Positions 17,009-26,971 of a stretch of 39,958 nucleotides of DNA are shown piece after piece (the first letter of the stretch is position 1; the number at the start of each line of letters is the position of its first letter). Below the pieces are notes generated by a model that was given only the letters and a program-made list of their open reading frames with translations, was not told the origin of the DNA and ran no database searches. The position numbers and the translations under genes were made by a program. The DNA comes from Armatimonadota bacterium. GTDB lineage: Bacteria; Armatimonadota; UBA10988. The DNA lies in assembly GCA_016235455.1 (NCBI GenBank), contig JACRKZ010000086.1:1-39958 (forward strand), written 5' to 3'.

Positions 17009-17266
17009 GGTCGTCTCCATCACATACTGCTCAACGCGTGAGCAACCAGAATCGTTCGCCGAGGTGGCGACGGCTCCTCTGCGCGATGGCAGGCCCGCCA
17101 TGTAACGCCCATCTGTATGGCACCACGATGGGTATCGATACATACTACGATACAAGCCTTCAGACGGACCTTCGACAGACCCAATGTAACATCAACATGA
17201 ACGCCGCACGGGCGAGAGGCCCCAGCTAGCGGGGCCGACGGAGCGGAGCAAGGTAGGCAAATCGCT

Positions 17267-19216
17267 ATGCTGAGGAAACAGTCGTTGGGCAAGAAACTCG
17301 TCGCGAGCTTCGGCTCGCTGCTGGTGCTGGCGCTGGTGCTGGGGGCCGTGGCCTGGATGGGTATCAGCTACCTGTCGGGCGCGCACGCCCGATCTGCCAA
17401 CGCGGCGCAGTGCCGCTTGCTGCTGGGAGAGTGCGTGACCGCCCATCGAGCCTTTGCGGACGCGGGTTTTGAGAAGACGGATCCCGAGGGCAAGGGCTGG
17501 GACGTTGTCTTCGCCGACCTGGCTGACAAGGCGACCAAGCAGATGCAGAGGCTGGCCGGCTTCGCGCGCGGCACCGAACAGACGGGCCTGGTGAAGCAGT
17601 CGGCCGAGAAAGTGGCTGCCTACCAAGCGGGTTTTGAGAAGCTGGTTACGGCGCGCCGGACGCTGGAGGAGAAGCGGTCGGCCTGGAGCGCGGCAGGCAA
17701 AGCTGGCAGCGAGACGGTCGCCAAGGTGAACACCTGGCTCGACGGTGGCATGGCGCAGGCCGACTCCGGCTCGGTGGCCCGCTGGGCCAAGTACGCCCAG
17801 GTCCTCAACAGCCAGGTCATGGCGGGATTCTACCTGTGCCGCACCAACGGCATCTACCTGATTCTGACCCGCTCGGACTCCTACTGGCAGACCTACCAAG
17901 AGGTGTCGGCGAAGGCGACGCAGGGCGCGGCCGACTGGGCCGCCGTGGCGCCAACGGACACGGGGCTGGCCGCTCAAGCGACGGCCATGAAGGAAGCCAT
18001 TGCCGCTCACCGGGCCGGCGGCGAGGCGTTCTACGCGGCGGTGGTTGCGCACCGCGCCGCCGAGAAGATCGTCGCTGACGCCAATGCCGACGCCGTGGCC
18101 ACGGTGACCAAACTGCAGCAAGTGTTCGCGCAGGCCGCGGAGCGGCTGGTCCGCCTGGCCCGACTGCTGTTCCTGGTGGTGACGGCGGTCATCGTCGTGC
18201 TGGGCCTCTGGCTGTCGCGCACCATGACCCTCGACATCGCCGGGCGCTTGCGCGCGGCGGTGTCGCACCTGTCGGAGGGTGCGGAGCATGTGGCCAGTGC
18301 TTCTTCGCACATCAGCACGGCCAGTTCCCAGATCGCCTCGGGTGCCAGTGAACAGGCGTCGAGCCTGGAAGAGAGCACCGCGTCCTTGGTCGAGATGGCT
18401 TCGATGACCCAGCAGACGGCGGATCAGACGAAGGCCACCAACAGCATCGCCCGCCAGGCCGAGGAAGCCGCCGCGCGCGGCTCGGAGGCCATGGGCCGCA
18501 TGAACGACGCCATCGCGGAGATCAAGCAGTCCAGCGACGAGACGGCCAAGATCCTGAGGACCATCGAAGAGATAGCGTTCCAGACGAACCTGTTGGCGCT
18601 CAACGCGGCGGTTGAGGCAGCGCGCGCGGGTGACGCCGGCAAGGGCTTCGCCGTGGTGGCCGAGGAGGTGCGCAACCTGGCCCAACGCAGCGCCGAGGCC
18701 GCCAAGAACACCGGCGACCTGATCGGCCGTTCGCAGCACAACGCCGACCGCGGCGTGGCGGTGGCCAGCGAAGTGGCCCAGATGCTCTCGGCCATCGAGG
18801 CCGGCGCGCGCCAGACAGCTCAGCTCCTGGAGCAGACCGTGATGGCCACCGACGAGCAGTCCAAGGGCATCGACCAGATCAGCTCGGCCGTCACCTCGAT
18901 GGACACGGTCACCCAGGCCTTCGCCGCCAGCGCCGAAGAGGCTACTTCGGCCGCCACCGAGCTGTCCGACCAGGCCGGGCAGTTGCGCGATCTGGTGCGC
19001 GACCTGAACGAGATGGTGGAGGGCGCCGGTCAGACGGCGCCGGCTCTGGCAGCGCCGGCCCACCCGCGGCCCGCGGTGGCAGCGCGTCCAGCGGCAGCCG
19101 CCAAATCAGTGTTGAGCGCGGGCGCAGCCCATCCGCCGCGCCTCAACCCGCCGCGCAACACCGGACCCGCGCCCGATGTGCGGATGCTCGACAGTGACGA
19201 GTTCGGCGACTTCTAG
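17267..19216 (+). CDS. Methyl-accepting chemotaxis protein
   Basis: Two TM helices around a large periplasmic domain; [40 protein letters not shown]; C-terminal EFGDF pentapeptide after a Pro/Ala linker. Confidence 0.96.
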   Translation: MLRKQSLGKKLVASFGSLLVLALVLGAVAWMGISYLSGAHARSANAAQCRLLLGECVTAHRAFADAGFEKTDPEGKGWDVVFADLADKATKQMQRLAGFARGTEQTGLVKQSAEKVAAYQAGFEKLVTARRTLEEKRSAWSAAGKAGSETVAKVNTWLDGGMAQADSGSVARWAKYAQVLNSQVMAGFYLCRTNGIYLILTRSDSYWQTYQEVSAKATQGAADWAAVAPTDTGLAAQATAMKEAIAAHRAGGEAFYAAVVAHRAAEKIVADANADAVATVTKLQQVFAQAAERLVRLARLLFLVVTAVIVVLGLWLSRTMTLDIAGRLRAAVSHLSEGAEHVASASSHISTASSQIASGASEQASSLEESTASLVEMASMTQQTADQTKATNSIARQAEEAAARGSEAMGRMNDAIAEIKQSSDETAKILRTIEEIAFQTNLLALNAAVEAARAGDAGKGFAVVAEEVRNLAQRSAEAAKNTGDLIGRSQHNADRGVAVASEVAQMLSAIEAGARQTAQLLEQTVMATDEQSKGIDQISSAVTSMDTVTQAFAASAEEATSAATELSDQAGQLRDLVRDLNEMVEGAGQTAPALAAPAHPRPAVAARPAAAAKSVLSAGAAHPPRLNPPRNTGPAPDVRMLDSDEFGDF

Positions 19217-19237
19217 AGCACAGTGAAGCGAGCCCCC

Positions 19238-19279
19238 GCACCCACCCGCCCGAGCGCCAGGCTTCGGGCGGGTGGGTGT
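19238..19279. terminator. Hairpin between convergent MCP and hybrid kinase genes
   Basis: CACCCACCCGCCCGA / TCGGGCGGGTGGGTG 15-bp perfect inverted repeat. Confidence 0.7.
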
Positions 19280-19298
19280 TGGGCTGGCCGCTCGGTGT

Positions 19299-21890
19299 TC
19301 AGCGGCCCAACATGCGCCGGACTCGTTCGACGAGCACCGCGGGCGAGAAGGGCTTCTCGATGAGCTCGACGCCGTCGTCGAGAACGCCGTGGTGGCCGAG
19401 CGCGTCGGCTGTGTAGCCCGACATGAACAGCACGGGCAGGCCGGGACGCATGGCGGTCACGGTGGCCGCCACCTCGGCGCCGCTGGCCTTGGGAAGCACC
19501 ACATCACTGAGCAGCAAGTCGATGGGGCCCTCGTGGTCGGTCACGATGGCTCGAGCTTCGTCGATGTCGCGCGCCAACAGCACCACGAACCCTGATCGCG
19601 CCAGCGAGTTGAGCACCACGCCGCAGGCCAGGTCGTCATCCTCCACCACCAGCACCGTGCCCTCACTGCTCGGCGCCGCGGCGGACGGCTCGGGCCGCTC
19701 GGGCTCCGACGCCGGCGGGTCCACTGGGTCGGCGCCGGGCAGCCAGATGTGGAAGGCCGTGCCGTGACCCACCTCGGACTCCACGCGGATCGTACCGCCG
19801 CTCTGAGCCACGATGCCGTCGACCGTGGACAGGCCCAACCCTGTGCCACGGCCCAGCTCCTTGGTGGTGAAGAACGGTTCGAAGATGTGGTCGACCACCT
19901 CGGCCGGCATGCCGGAACCGGAGTCACTGACCACCAGGCAAGCGCCGGGCATGGGCTCGCCGTCTGGCCCAACCCTGTTGAGCGCGGCGGTGGCCAGGCG
20001 CAGCCGGCCGCTCTGCGGCATGGCATCGCGTGCGTTGACCGCCAGGTTCAGCAGCACCTGCTCCATCTGGCCGCGATCGATGGTGACGGGCGGCACATCG
20101 CGGCCCAACTCGCAGACCAGCTCGATGTGCTCGCCGATGAGCCGGCGCAGCATGCGCTCCATGCCGGAGACGATCGTGTTCAGATCCCACACACGCGGCG
20201 ACAGCATCTGCTTGCGGCTGAAGGCAAGCAGTTGGTGCGTCAGCCCACCGGCCCGCTCAGCGGCGCGCAGCACCTCGCCGAGCTCCTCGGCATGGGGGCC
20301 CGGTTCGGCCAGCATCATCTCCGTGTAGCCGAGGATGGTGGTGAGCAGGTTGTTGAAGTCGTGGGCCACGCCGCCGGCGAGTTGGCCGATGGCCTCCATC
20401 TTGGTCGACTGTCTCAGGCGCTCCTGCAGTTCGCGCTCGTCAGTCACGTCGCGACCCAGGCTGGAGGTGCCCACCACGACGCCATCGGCGTCCTTGAGCA
20501 GCGTGCGGTCCCAGACGAAACAGCGCCGCCGGCCGTCCCGGGTGACCACGTTGTATTCCAGGTGCGCTTCGCCCTCACCCGCACGCACCATCGCCTCGAA
20601 CTGCGCGCGCAGTTCGCCGTCGGGGTCGTCGGCCATGTCGGCGAACCAATCGGCGCCGATGAGCTGATCGGGCGCCGCGCCGATGGCCTGGCCGAAGGCC
20701 GCGTTGCAGTAGAGCAGGCGACCGCCCGCGTCGAGCATCGCGGCGCAGAGCCGCGTGGAGTCGAGCATGGAGGCCATGCGTCGCCGCGACTCGACCAGAT
20801 CGGCCTCAGCCTGCCGGCGCGCATCGGTGTCGCGCACCACGGCGAGCAGCCGGTCTTGACCGTCCAGCAGGCCCCGACGCAAAGACACCTCGGCCCAGAA
20901 TAGCGAGCCATCTTGCCGGCGACAGCGCCACTCGAAGACCTGCCGCTGCCCGGCCATGGCGCGTGCGCAATGGGCGAGCGCAGTGGCGCGGTCGAAGGGC
21001 GGGTCGCCGCGACTGAAGTCGACCACGGTGCGCCCCAGGCATTGCTCGCGCGTCGTGCCGAACATCAGGCAGGCCGCGGGGTTGGCGTCGATGATCAGAC
21101 CCGTCTCGGCGTCGTGGACCAGCACACCGTCGTCCAGCGAGTCGAACATCGTGCGGAAGCGGTCTTCGCTGGCCTCCACGTCGGCCATCGAGCGCGCCAG
21201 ACTGGCGGTCATGTGGTTGAAGCTGACCGCCAACGCGGCCAGTTCGTCGTCCATCACTTCGGGCGGCACGCGGGTGGCCAGGTCGCCGTCAGCCACGGCC
21301 TCGGCGGCCTGGGCAAAGATGTGTAGCGGCGCGCCGATGGCGGCCCAGATGAGGAATCCGCCGGCCAGCGCCACCAGCAGCAGGCTGGCACCCAGCTTGG
21401 ACAGCGCTGATCTGGCCAGCTTGGCCGTGGGCGCGTCGAGCTCGCCTTGCGCCGAGAAGACCACAACCACCAGGTCGGTGTCGTCACGCGGCACTCGCGC
21501 GTAGCCATAGATGCGGCCGTTGGCGTCTTCACCGGTGCCCCGCGGCTGGCGGTGTATGGCGCGAAGCGTCTCCGCGGAGAACCAGTGCCGGGCCGGCTGG
21601 CCATCCCAGCTGGCGTCCTGGCCATAGGCGACCGCGTCGTTCGCACCGACCACCAGCGCCTGGTGCAGCGGCCGCCGCTGCCGCAGCCAGCGTTGGCCCT
21701 CGGCTGGCGCTTCAGCCCAGCGCTGCGCCATCGCGCCCGCCAGCGCCTCATGCCGTTGGCCGACGATACCGCGAATGGCGCCGCGCACGTCGACGCCAAT
21801 GACCATGGAAACCACGGCCAGCGGCACCGCGGACAGCAGCAGGAACCACACGGTCAACCGCAGCGCCAGCGAACGACCGGTCCAGTTCAT
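19299..21890 (-). CDS. Hybrid sensor histidine kinase (TM-sensor-TM-HAMP-PAS-PAS-HisKA-HATPase-REC)
   Basis: GDL..RV....DEL..LA.SFN.M (HAMP); GGVAHDFNNLLT, NLAVNARDAMP, FEPFFTTKE.GRGTGLGL; REC VLVVEDD, LLSDVVLP, FMSGY, KPF; RBS GAGGGGG before ATG21890. Confidence 0.95.
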   Translation of the reverse strand: MNWTGRSLALRLTVWFLLLSAVPLAVVSMVIGVDVRGAIRGIVGQRHEALAGAMAQRWAEAPAEGQRWLRQRRPLHQALVVGANDAVAYGQDASWDGQPARHWFSAETLRAIHRQPRGTGEDANGRIYGYARVPRDDTDLVVVVFSAQGELDAPTAKLARSALSKLGASLLLVALAGGFLIWAAIGAPLHIFAQAAEAVADGDLATRVPPEVMDDELAALAVSFNHMTASLARSMADVEASEDRFRTMFDSLDDGVLVHDAETGLIIDANPAACLMFGTTREQCLGRTVVDFSRGDPPFDRATALAHCARAMAGQRQVFEWRCRRQDGSLFWAEVSLRRGLLDGQDRLLAVVRDTDARRQAEADLVESRRRMASMLDSTRLCAAMLDAGGRLLYCNAAFGQAIGAAPDQLIGADWFADMADDPDGELRAQFEAMVRAGEGEAHLEYNVVTRDGRRRCFVWDRTLLKDADGVVVGTSSLGRDVTDERELQERLRQSTKMEAIGQLAGGVAHDFNNLLTTILGYTEMMLAEPGPHAEELGEVLRAAERAGGLTHQLLAFSRKQMLSPRVWDLNTIVSGMERMLRRLIGEHIELVCELGRDVPPVTIDRGQMEQVLLNLAVNARDAMPQSGRLRLATAALNRVGPDGEPMPGACLVVSDSGSGMPAEVVDHIFEPFFTTKELGRGTGLGLSTVDGIVAQSGGTIRVESEVGHGTAFHIWLPGADPVDPPASEPERPEPSAAAPSSEGTVLVVEDDDLACGVVLNSLARSGFVVLLARDIDEARAIVTDHEGPIDLLLSDVVLPKASGAEVAATVTAMRPGLPVLFMSGYTADALGHHGVLDDGVELIEKPFSPAVLVERVRRMLGR

Positions 21891-22024
21891 CCAGACCCCC
21901 TCGAAGCGTGTCATGCAGGCGCGGTGAGAAGCACCGCCGGCTGCCTGCCTCGATAAGCCGGACTAGTCTGCCACAATCCGCTGTCGACGTGGCGATCGTC
22001 GCCTCGGGAAACGTTACACCCGTG

Positions 22025-22996
22025 TCACGCAGCACCGATCGGACGTCGCGCTCGGCGGGGCATCGCCCACCAGGCGACGACGGTCAGCAGGCAGGTGACC
22101 GCGCATTCGGGCAACATGGCCGCGGCCACCAGCGCCGCCGACGTGCCGGTCAGCCGCGGCGCGCCCAGCACGCGCTGCACGACCGCGGGGTGCGCCCAGA
22201 GGTAGGCCAAGGAGATGGGCAGCAAGATGGCCAGGTAGTAGAGCAGCACGAGCCCGCACCAGCGGGCTAGGAACGGCAGCAGGCGGAGATCGGTGGCACA
22301 CCGCGCGGCCAGCCGCCGGTAGGCCAGCGCCACGGCCAGCGCGCCGGCGCAGTGCATCGCCATCGAGGTGGCGGTGAGGCCCGACATGGGCTCGAGGCTG
22401 CCGGCCAAGACGCCGATGAGCAGTGCCGGCCACGGCCCGGACAGAGCCGCGCCGAGCGTGACCAGCGTCTCGCGCGGGTCGACCATGATCTGTGTGCCAG
22501 GCAGGGTGACGTGCAGACCCGCCCCGATGACCAGCGCCGCCGAGAGCCCCGAGGCCAGCGCCACCAGCCAGCGCGTGGCGTCGGCGTTCAACCGCCGAGG
22601 GCGGAGTCGCACATGCGGCGGGCTGGCGGGCGGCAACGACTGATCGCAGAGCAAGGGCTGTCGCAGCGGCCGCGGCAAGGCGAACCAGACCGCGCTGGTG
22701 AAGAGCGCGGTGGCCACAAACTCATACGATGCGTCCACCAGGATCTTCGGGAGAGCCGTGCCGGCACCGAACCCGGAGGTCGCAGGACCGGCCCAGAGGG
22801 ATGGCACAGCCAGCGAGGCCAGGAGCGCGACGGGTTACAGCACACCCGCATAGTAGACCACCAACGCGCCAGCCCAGGCCAGCAGGAATGACCACCCATG
22901 CTGCCGGCAGCGCGGCGAGTCCGTGATGCGACGATAGGCCCACCCCATCCACAGACCGGCGGCCGCATGGCCCACCGACGGCAAAGCCCAACGCAC
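22025..22996 (-). pseudogene. Membrane protein with 1.5 tandem 5TMR-LYT-like sensor repeats, in-frame TAA at 22835-22837
   Basis: Complete repeat has PGT....DPRE..VTLGAALSGP; the same frame upstream of ORF 22025..22807 reads HAAAGLWMGWAYRR...FLLAWAGALVVYYAGVL*PV, paralleling HCAGALAVALAYRR...FLARWCGLVLLYYLAILLPI. Confidence 0.6.
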
Positions 22997-23053
22997 ACCA
23001 CGCCGCCGCGGCCCGCCTCCGACTCTGCGTCCGCGCGCCTCGGGCCATGCCGG

Positions 23054-24214
23054 TCAGCCTCCGAGTTCGATCACTCGCTGGCGGTAGTAGCGGTAGTCGT
23101 CGAGCTTCACTTCTTCGGGCACGCCATGGTCGCAGGTCGGAATGTAGCCGCCGCGCTCACGCATGACCGGGATGATGCGCTGCAGTTCCGCCTCGATGGC
23201 CTCGCGGCCAGCGGCCAGGATGCGCTTGTCAATGCCGCCGAACAGCGCCAGATCCGGGTGTTCGCGGCCCGTGCGCACCACGTCGCAGCCGCTGGCCACC
23301 TCGAACGGGCTCATGGTGGTCATGCCGATCTCTTTGTACACGCCGATCACCGGGTCGGCGAAGCCGTCGGTGTCGATCTGGATGTACAGCCGGCGCTCGG
23401 GATCGAGCTGCCGCGCGCGCAGGTTGGTGATGAGTTGCTGGTAGTAGGGCAGCAGAAACTCGCGCATCATGGCCGGCGAGATCAGCGGACCATGGTTGTA
23501 GCAGATGTCCTCGGCGAAGAAGATCTCGTCGATGGTGACATGCTGCTGGTGCCGCGCGATGACCGCGTCGGCCAGCTCGAACCAGGTCTTCATGCAGTCG
23601 TGGACCAGCGCGGGGTTGTCGTGGAAGACGTACAGCGTCTCCTCGGGGCCCATCAGGCTGCGCAGGTACATGTACCCGCCGATCAGTCCCTGGACGATCA
23701 TGTAGCCCTGCCCGGCGCGCTCGCGGGCGGTGGCCATGCGCTGCTCGAGGGTGTCGAAGCGGCCTGGCGCATCGACCGCCATGCGCCACTTGACGTCTTC
23801 CTCCCAGGTGCGCTGGTCCTTGACCGGATGGTCGATGTAGTCAGGCATGAACCCGTCGCGCCGGCCGCGGAAGACCAGCAGCTTGCGGCCGGCATGGTCC
23901 TGATAGACCTCGTGCTCGCCGCGCTCCTCGACGGTCTTGACCTCGAACTCGGGCACGAACGCGGCCTCGCACCAGCCGAGCTGGCCCAAGCCGTGGCTGC
24001 CACCCGGGTCGTAGCCAAACTCGGCCGCGAGGTTGGCGCCTTTGGCCAGGCCCTGCTCATACCAGCGTTCGAGGCAGTAGAACCCGAATTCACGCCGCAC
24101 CAGCGGCGCGCCGGGCGTCACGGCATAGGTGTCACGCAACTTGCGCGCCGACTCGACCATCTGCTCGCGCGGCAGCAGGGCGTGGATGCCGTCGGCGGGA
24201 CGATTACTGGGCAT
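23054..24214 (-). CDS. Uroporphyrinogen decarboxylase-family (MtaA/CmuA-like fold) protein
   Basis: LRSLMG.E, FAEDICYNHGPLISP, DTDG, PFEVASG.D, GGIDK, GGYIPTCDHGVP; RBS AGAAAGG. Confidence 0.88.
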   Translation of the reverse strand: MPSNRPADGIHALLPREQMVESARKLRDTYAVTPGAPLVRREFGFYCLERWYEQGLAKGANLAAEFGYDPGGSHGLGQLGWCEAAFVPEFEVKTVEERGEHEVYQDHAGRKLLVFRGRRDGFMPDYIDHPVKDQRTWEEDVKWRMAVDAPGRFDTLEQRMATARERAGQGYMIVQGLIGGYMYLRSLMGPEETLYVFHDNPALVHDCMKTWFELADAVIARHQQHVTIDEIFFAEDICYNHGPLISPAMMREFLLPYYQQLITNLRARQLDPERRLYIQIDTDGFADPVIGVYKEIGMTTMSPFEVASGCDVVRTGREHPDLALFGGIDKRILAAGREAIEAELQRIIPVMRERGGYIPTCDHGVPEEVKLDDYRYYRQRVIELGG

Positions 24215-25160
24215 GACTGGCCTTTCTACGCCATTGGTCGAACAGCACGGCGGCCAGCAAGATGCCGCCACGCACCACGTACTGGTAGTAGGTCTCGATG
24301 TTGGCCAGGTCCATGGCGTTCTGCACCGTGCCCATGATGAGCACGCCGACCACCACGCCGAGGATGCTGCCCGAGCCGCCGGTGAGCGAGACGCCGCCGA
24401 GCACGCAGCCGGAGATGCAGTCGAGCGCCAGGTTCTCGCCGACGTTGGGCTGGCCCATGTTCATGCGCGCGGCGGTGACGCAGCCGGCCAGGCCGGCGAC
24501 CAGCCCTTGGATGGTGAAGATCAGCACCCGCACGCGCTGCACCGGGATGCCCGAGAGTCGCGCGGCCTCCTTGTTGCCACCGATGGCCAGCGTCTGCCGG
24601 CCGAACGTGGTCATGTGCAGGAGGATGCCGAACAGCACCAGGCAGGCCAGCGTGACCCAGATGGGCGTCGGCACGCCCAGCCACTTGCCGATGCCCAGCC
24701 GGAAGAACGACACGACGGGGATGCTGACTGCTTGACCACGGCAGGCGATGAAGCCGATGCCTCGCGTGATCTGCATGGTCGCCAGGGTGGTGATCAACGC
24801 GTTGATGCCGAGCCTGGCGATGACCGTACCGTTGACCAGGCCGACCAGGCCGCCGAGCGCGATGCCGGCGGTCAGGCCCAGCAGAACGCTACCGCTCTTG
24901 CCAATGATGAGCGCACAGGTGACGCCCGAGGCCATGACGATGGAGCCCACCGACAGGTCGAAGTCGCCCGATGCCAGGCAGAACAGCATGGTGCAAGCCA
25001 CCATGCCGACCAGCGACACCGACGTGGCCAGGACGATCAGGTTGCCCTTGCTCGAGAAGTTTGCCACCGTGCCGCACAGCGTGGCAAACAGCACCACGAA
25101 CACGGCCGGCATGGCGAACTTGTCCAGCCAGCGCACCCAGTTTGCCCGCGAGGAGGCCAT
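24204..25160 (-). CDS. araH: L-arabinose-type sugar ABC transporter permease
   Basis: GMVACTMLFCLASGDFDLSVGS, INALITTLATMQI.RG, FGR.TLAIGGN.EAARL.G, CVLGGVSL.GG, YQYVVRG.ILLAAV.FD. Confidence 0.9.
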   Translation of the reverse strand: MASSRANWVRWLDKFAMPAVFVVLFATLCGTVANFSSKGNLIVLATSVSLVGMVACTMLFCLASGDFDLSVGSIVMASGVTCALIIGKSGSVLLGLTAGIALGGLVGLVNGTVIARLGINALITTLATMQITRGIGFIACRGQAVSIPVVSFFRLGIGKWLGVPTPIWVTLACLVLFGILLHMTTFGRQTLAIGGNKEAARLSGIPVQRVRVLIFTIQGLVAGLAGCVTAARMNMGQPNVGENLALDCISGCVLGGVSLTGGSGSILGVVVGVLIMGTVQNAMDLANIETYYQYVVRGGILLAAVLFDQWRRKASHAQ

Positions 25161-26245
25161 CAGTCGAGGATCCCTTCTTCCTTGGCGATCTTCTTGAAGT
25201 TGCTGCGGTCGACCATGATGGCCTTGGTCAGGGTCTTCTTGGCGGGCTCCACGCCGTCGCGGATCCACTTGAGCATCATCTCGGTGGTCTCGTAGCCGTG
25301 GCGCTTGGGGCTGATCAGGGCGGTGCCGATGAAGCTGGTCGGCTTCTCGCGCTCGAGCTCGGGGAAGCAGGAGCTGCCGCCGATGCCGATGCCCACGCAG
25401 GTCTCAGGCGCGAAGGTGCGGCCTTCAAGGGCCCGCACGGCGCCGAGCACACCTTCGTCGTTCATCGAGAAGACCAGCCAGTGCTTGATCTCGGGATGCT
25501 GGGTCAGCAACGCCTGCATGGCATCCATGGCGCCGGGGATGTCGGTCGTCTTCTCGTTCTTGGTGAAGATGCGGTCCTTGGGGAAGCCGCCGGCGACCAA
25601 CGCCTTCTGTGCGCCGTCGGTGCGGGCCTTGGAGGTGGCCAGTTCCTCGAAGGTGATGCCCGCGGCGGCGGTCTCTTCAGCCTTCCAGCCGCGCTTCTTG
25701 AACTCTTCGGCCAGCGACTTGCCGACCATCTCGCCGATATCACCAGCCGAGATGCCCATGTACGGCACGTCCTCCATGAACTTGCCGTCGGGGCCGATGA
25801 ACTGGTCGTCCACGGCGAAGACTTTCAGGTTCAGGTCCTTGGCCTTGTTGACGATGGCCGGCCCGAGCTTGGTGTCGGGGGTGCAGATGACGAAGCCCTG
25901 CGCACCGTTGGTGGCCAGGTTGTCGATCAGTTCGAGAATCTTGGCGCTGTCCTTGGTTCCGTTGCACAGCACCTCAAAGCCGTTGTCCGCCGCGCACTTC
26001 TTGGCGAACTTGTGCTCGTCCTGGAACCACTTCTCTTCGGGCTGCTTGACCAGGAAGCCGATCTTGATCGGCTTGCCGTCCTTGGTCATGGCCGCCGCCG
26101 CCTTGCCGCCCTGGGGTGCCGCGGCCTCGGTCTTGGGCGCGCCGGGCGGAGCCGGGGTGGGTTCAGCGGCGGGTTTGCAGCCGGCAGCCAAGGCCAAGCC
26201 GGCGGCGATGGCCGCCAGGCGCGTGATTCGATGCAACGGGCTCAT
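25160..26245 (-). CDS. araF: L-arabinose-binding protein (lipoprotein)
   Basis: KIGFLVKQPEE.WFQ.E.KFA, GA.GFVICTPD.KLGPAI, AVDDQF, MND..VLGAVRA.EG; lipobox LAAGC. Confidence 0.9.
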   Translation of the reverse strand: MSPLHRITRLAAIAAGLALAAGCKPAAEPTPAPPGAPKTEAAAPQGGKAAAAMTKDGKPIKIGFLVKQPEEKWFQDEHKFAKKCAADNGFEVLCNGTKDSAKILELIDNLATNGAQGFVICTPDTKLGPAIVNKAKDLNLKVFAVDDQFIGPDGKFMEDVPYMGISAGDIGEMVGKSLAEEFKKRGWKAEETAAAGITFEELATSKARTDGAQKALVAGGFPKDRIFTKNEKTTDIPGAMDAMQALLTQHPEIKHWLVFSMNDEGVLGAVRALEGRTFAPETCVGIGIGGSSCFPELEREKPTSFIGTALISPKRHGYETTEMMLKWIRDGVEPAKKTLTKAIMVDRSNFKKIAKEEGILD

Positions 26246-26316
26246 GACTCTCTCCCTCGATGCGGATGGTAGCGTTCGCTCCCCGCGGCGCGATTCCTTG
26301 GCGCCGCCAAATCAGG

Positions 26317-26907
26317 CTAGTCGCCGTGGCGCGAGCGCAGCAGCGGCGCGGTGCGCAGGATGAGGTGGACGCGCTCGATCAGGTCGACCCACTCACCGAT
26401 CTCCACGGCCAGCGCGTCGGCTTGCGGCGGCACGAGGCCGCTGGCGCAAGCGGCACCAGCCTCGTGGGCCATCTTGGCGCGGTAGATCGACAATGTGCGG
26501 TCGCCAAAGCGCTGCACTTCGTAGAAGTCCTCGGACAGCCAGACCGCCACGGGCACCTTGAGCGCGCCGTTGATGCGCAGCAGATCGGCTACTTCCGGCT
26601 GCTGGTCGCGGTCGACGAAACGCAGGTCGATGCTCGGCGCGGCCTCGGCGATGCGGCGGAAGATCGGTCCCTGACGCACACAGTCGCCGCACCAGGCGCC
26701 GGACAGCACCAGCCAGTTGATCTTCCTGGTGAACCCGCCCAGCAGCGTGGTCTGCGCCGCGCTCAGGTGGGTGTGGGCCAAGGCCGCCTGCCAGCGGTCG
26801 GCATGACGTGGATCGCTGCGGTCCAGATAGGCGTCCCAAGACCAGGCGCGGTCGAAGACGTCACGGTAGAATTGCTGGTTGTTGTCGTGGTAGCCGCTAT
26901 CCGCCAT
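26317..26907 (-). CDS. Thioredoxin-family protein (WCGDC type)
   Basis: LVLSGAWCGDCVRQGP, RD, NG..KVP motifs; RBS GGAG before ATG26907. Confidence 0.85.
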   Translation of the reverse strand: MADSGYHDNNQQFYRDVFDRAWSWDAYLDRSDPRHADRWQAALAHTHLSAAQTTLLGGFTRKINWLVLSGAWCGDCVRQGPIFRRIAEAAPSIDLRFVDRDQQPEVADLLRINGALKVPVAVWLSEDFYEVQRFGDRTLSIYRAKMAHEAGAACASGLVPPQADALAVEIGEWVDLIERVHLILRTAPLLRSRHGD

Positions 26908-26971
26908 GTCATACTCCAGCCGAAGTCTAGGCGAATTGGGCGATGGTCGCAAGGACTAGCCGAGGTGCCCT

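Noticed and set aside
17192-19063. 623-aa minus-strand ORF, and similar long ORFs at 10256..12160, 26927..29248 and 29347..31908
   Set aside because: Antisense shadows of well-supported genes; expected in high-GC DNA; no motifs.
23054-24214. Calling the UroD-family gene hemE
   Set aside because: Lacks the N-terminal RQAGR motif of true HemE and has no heme-pathway context.
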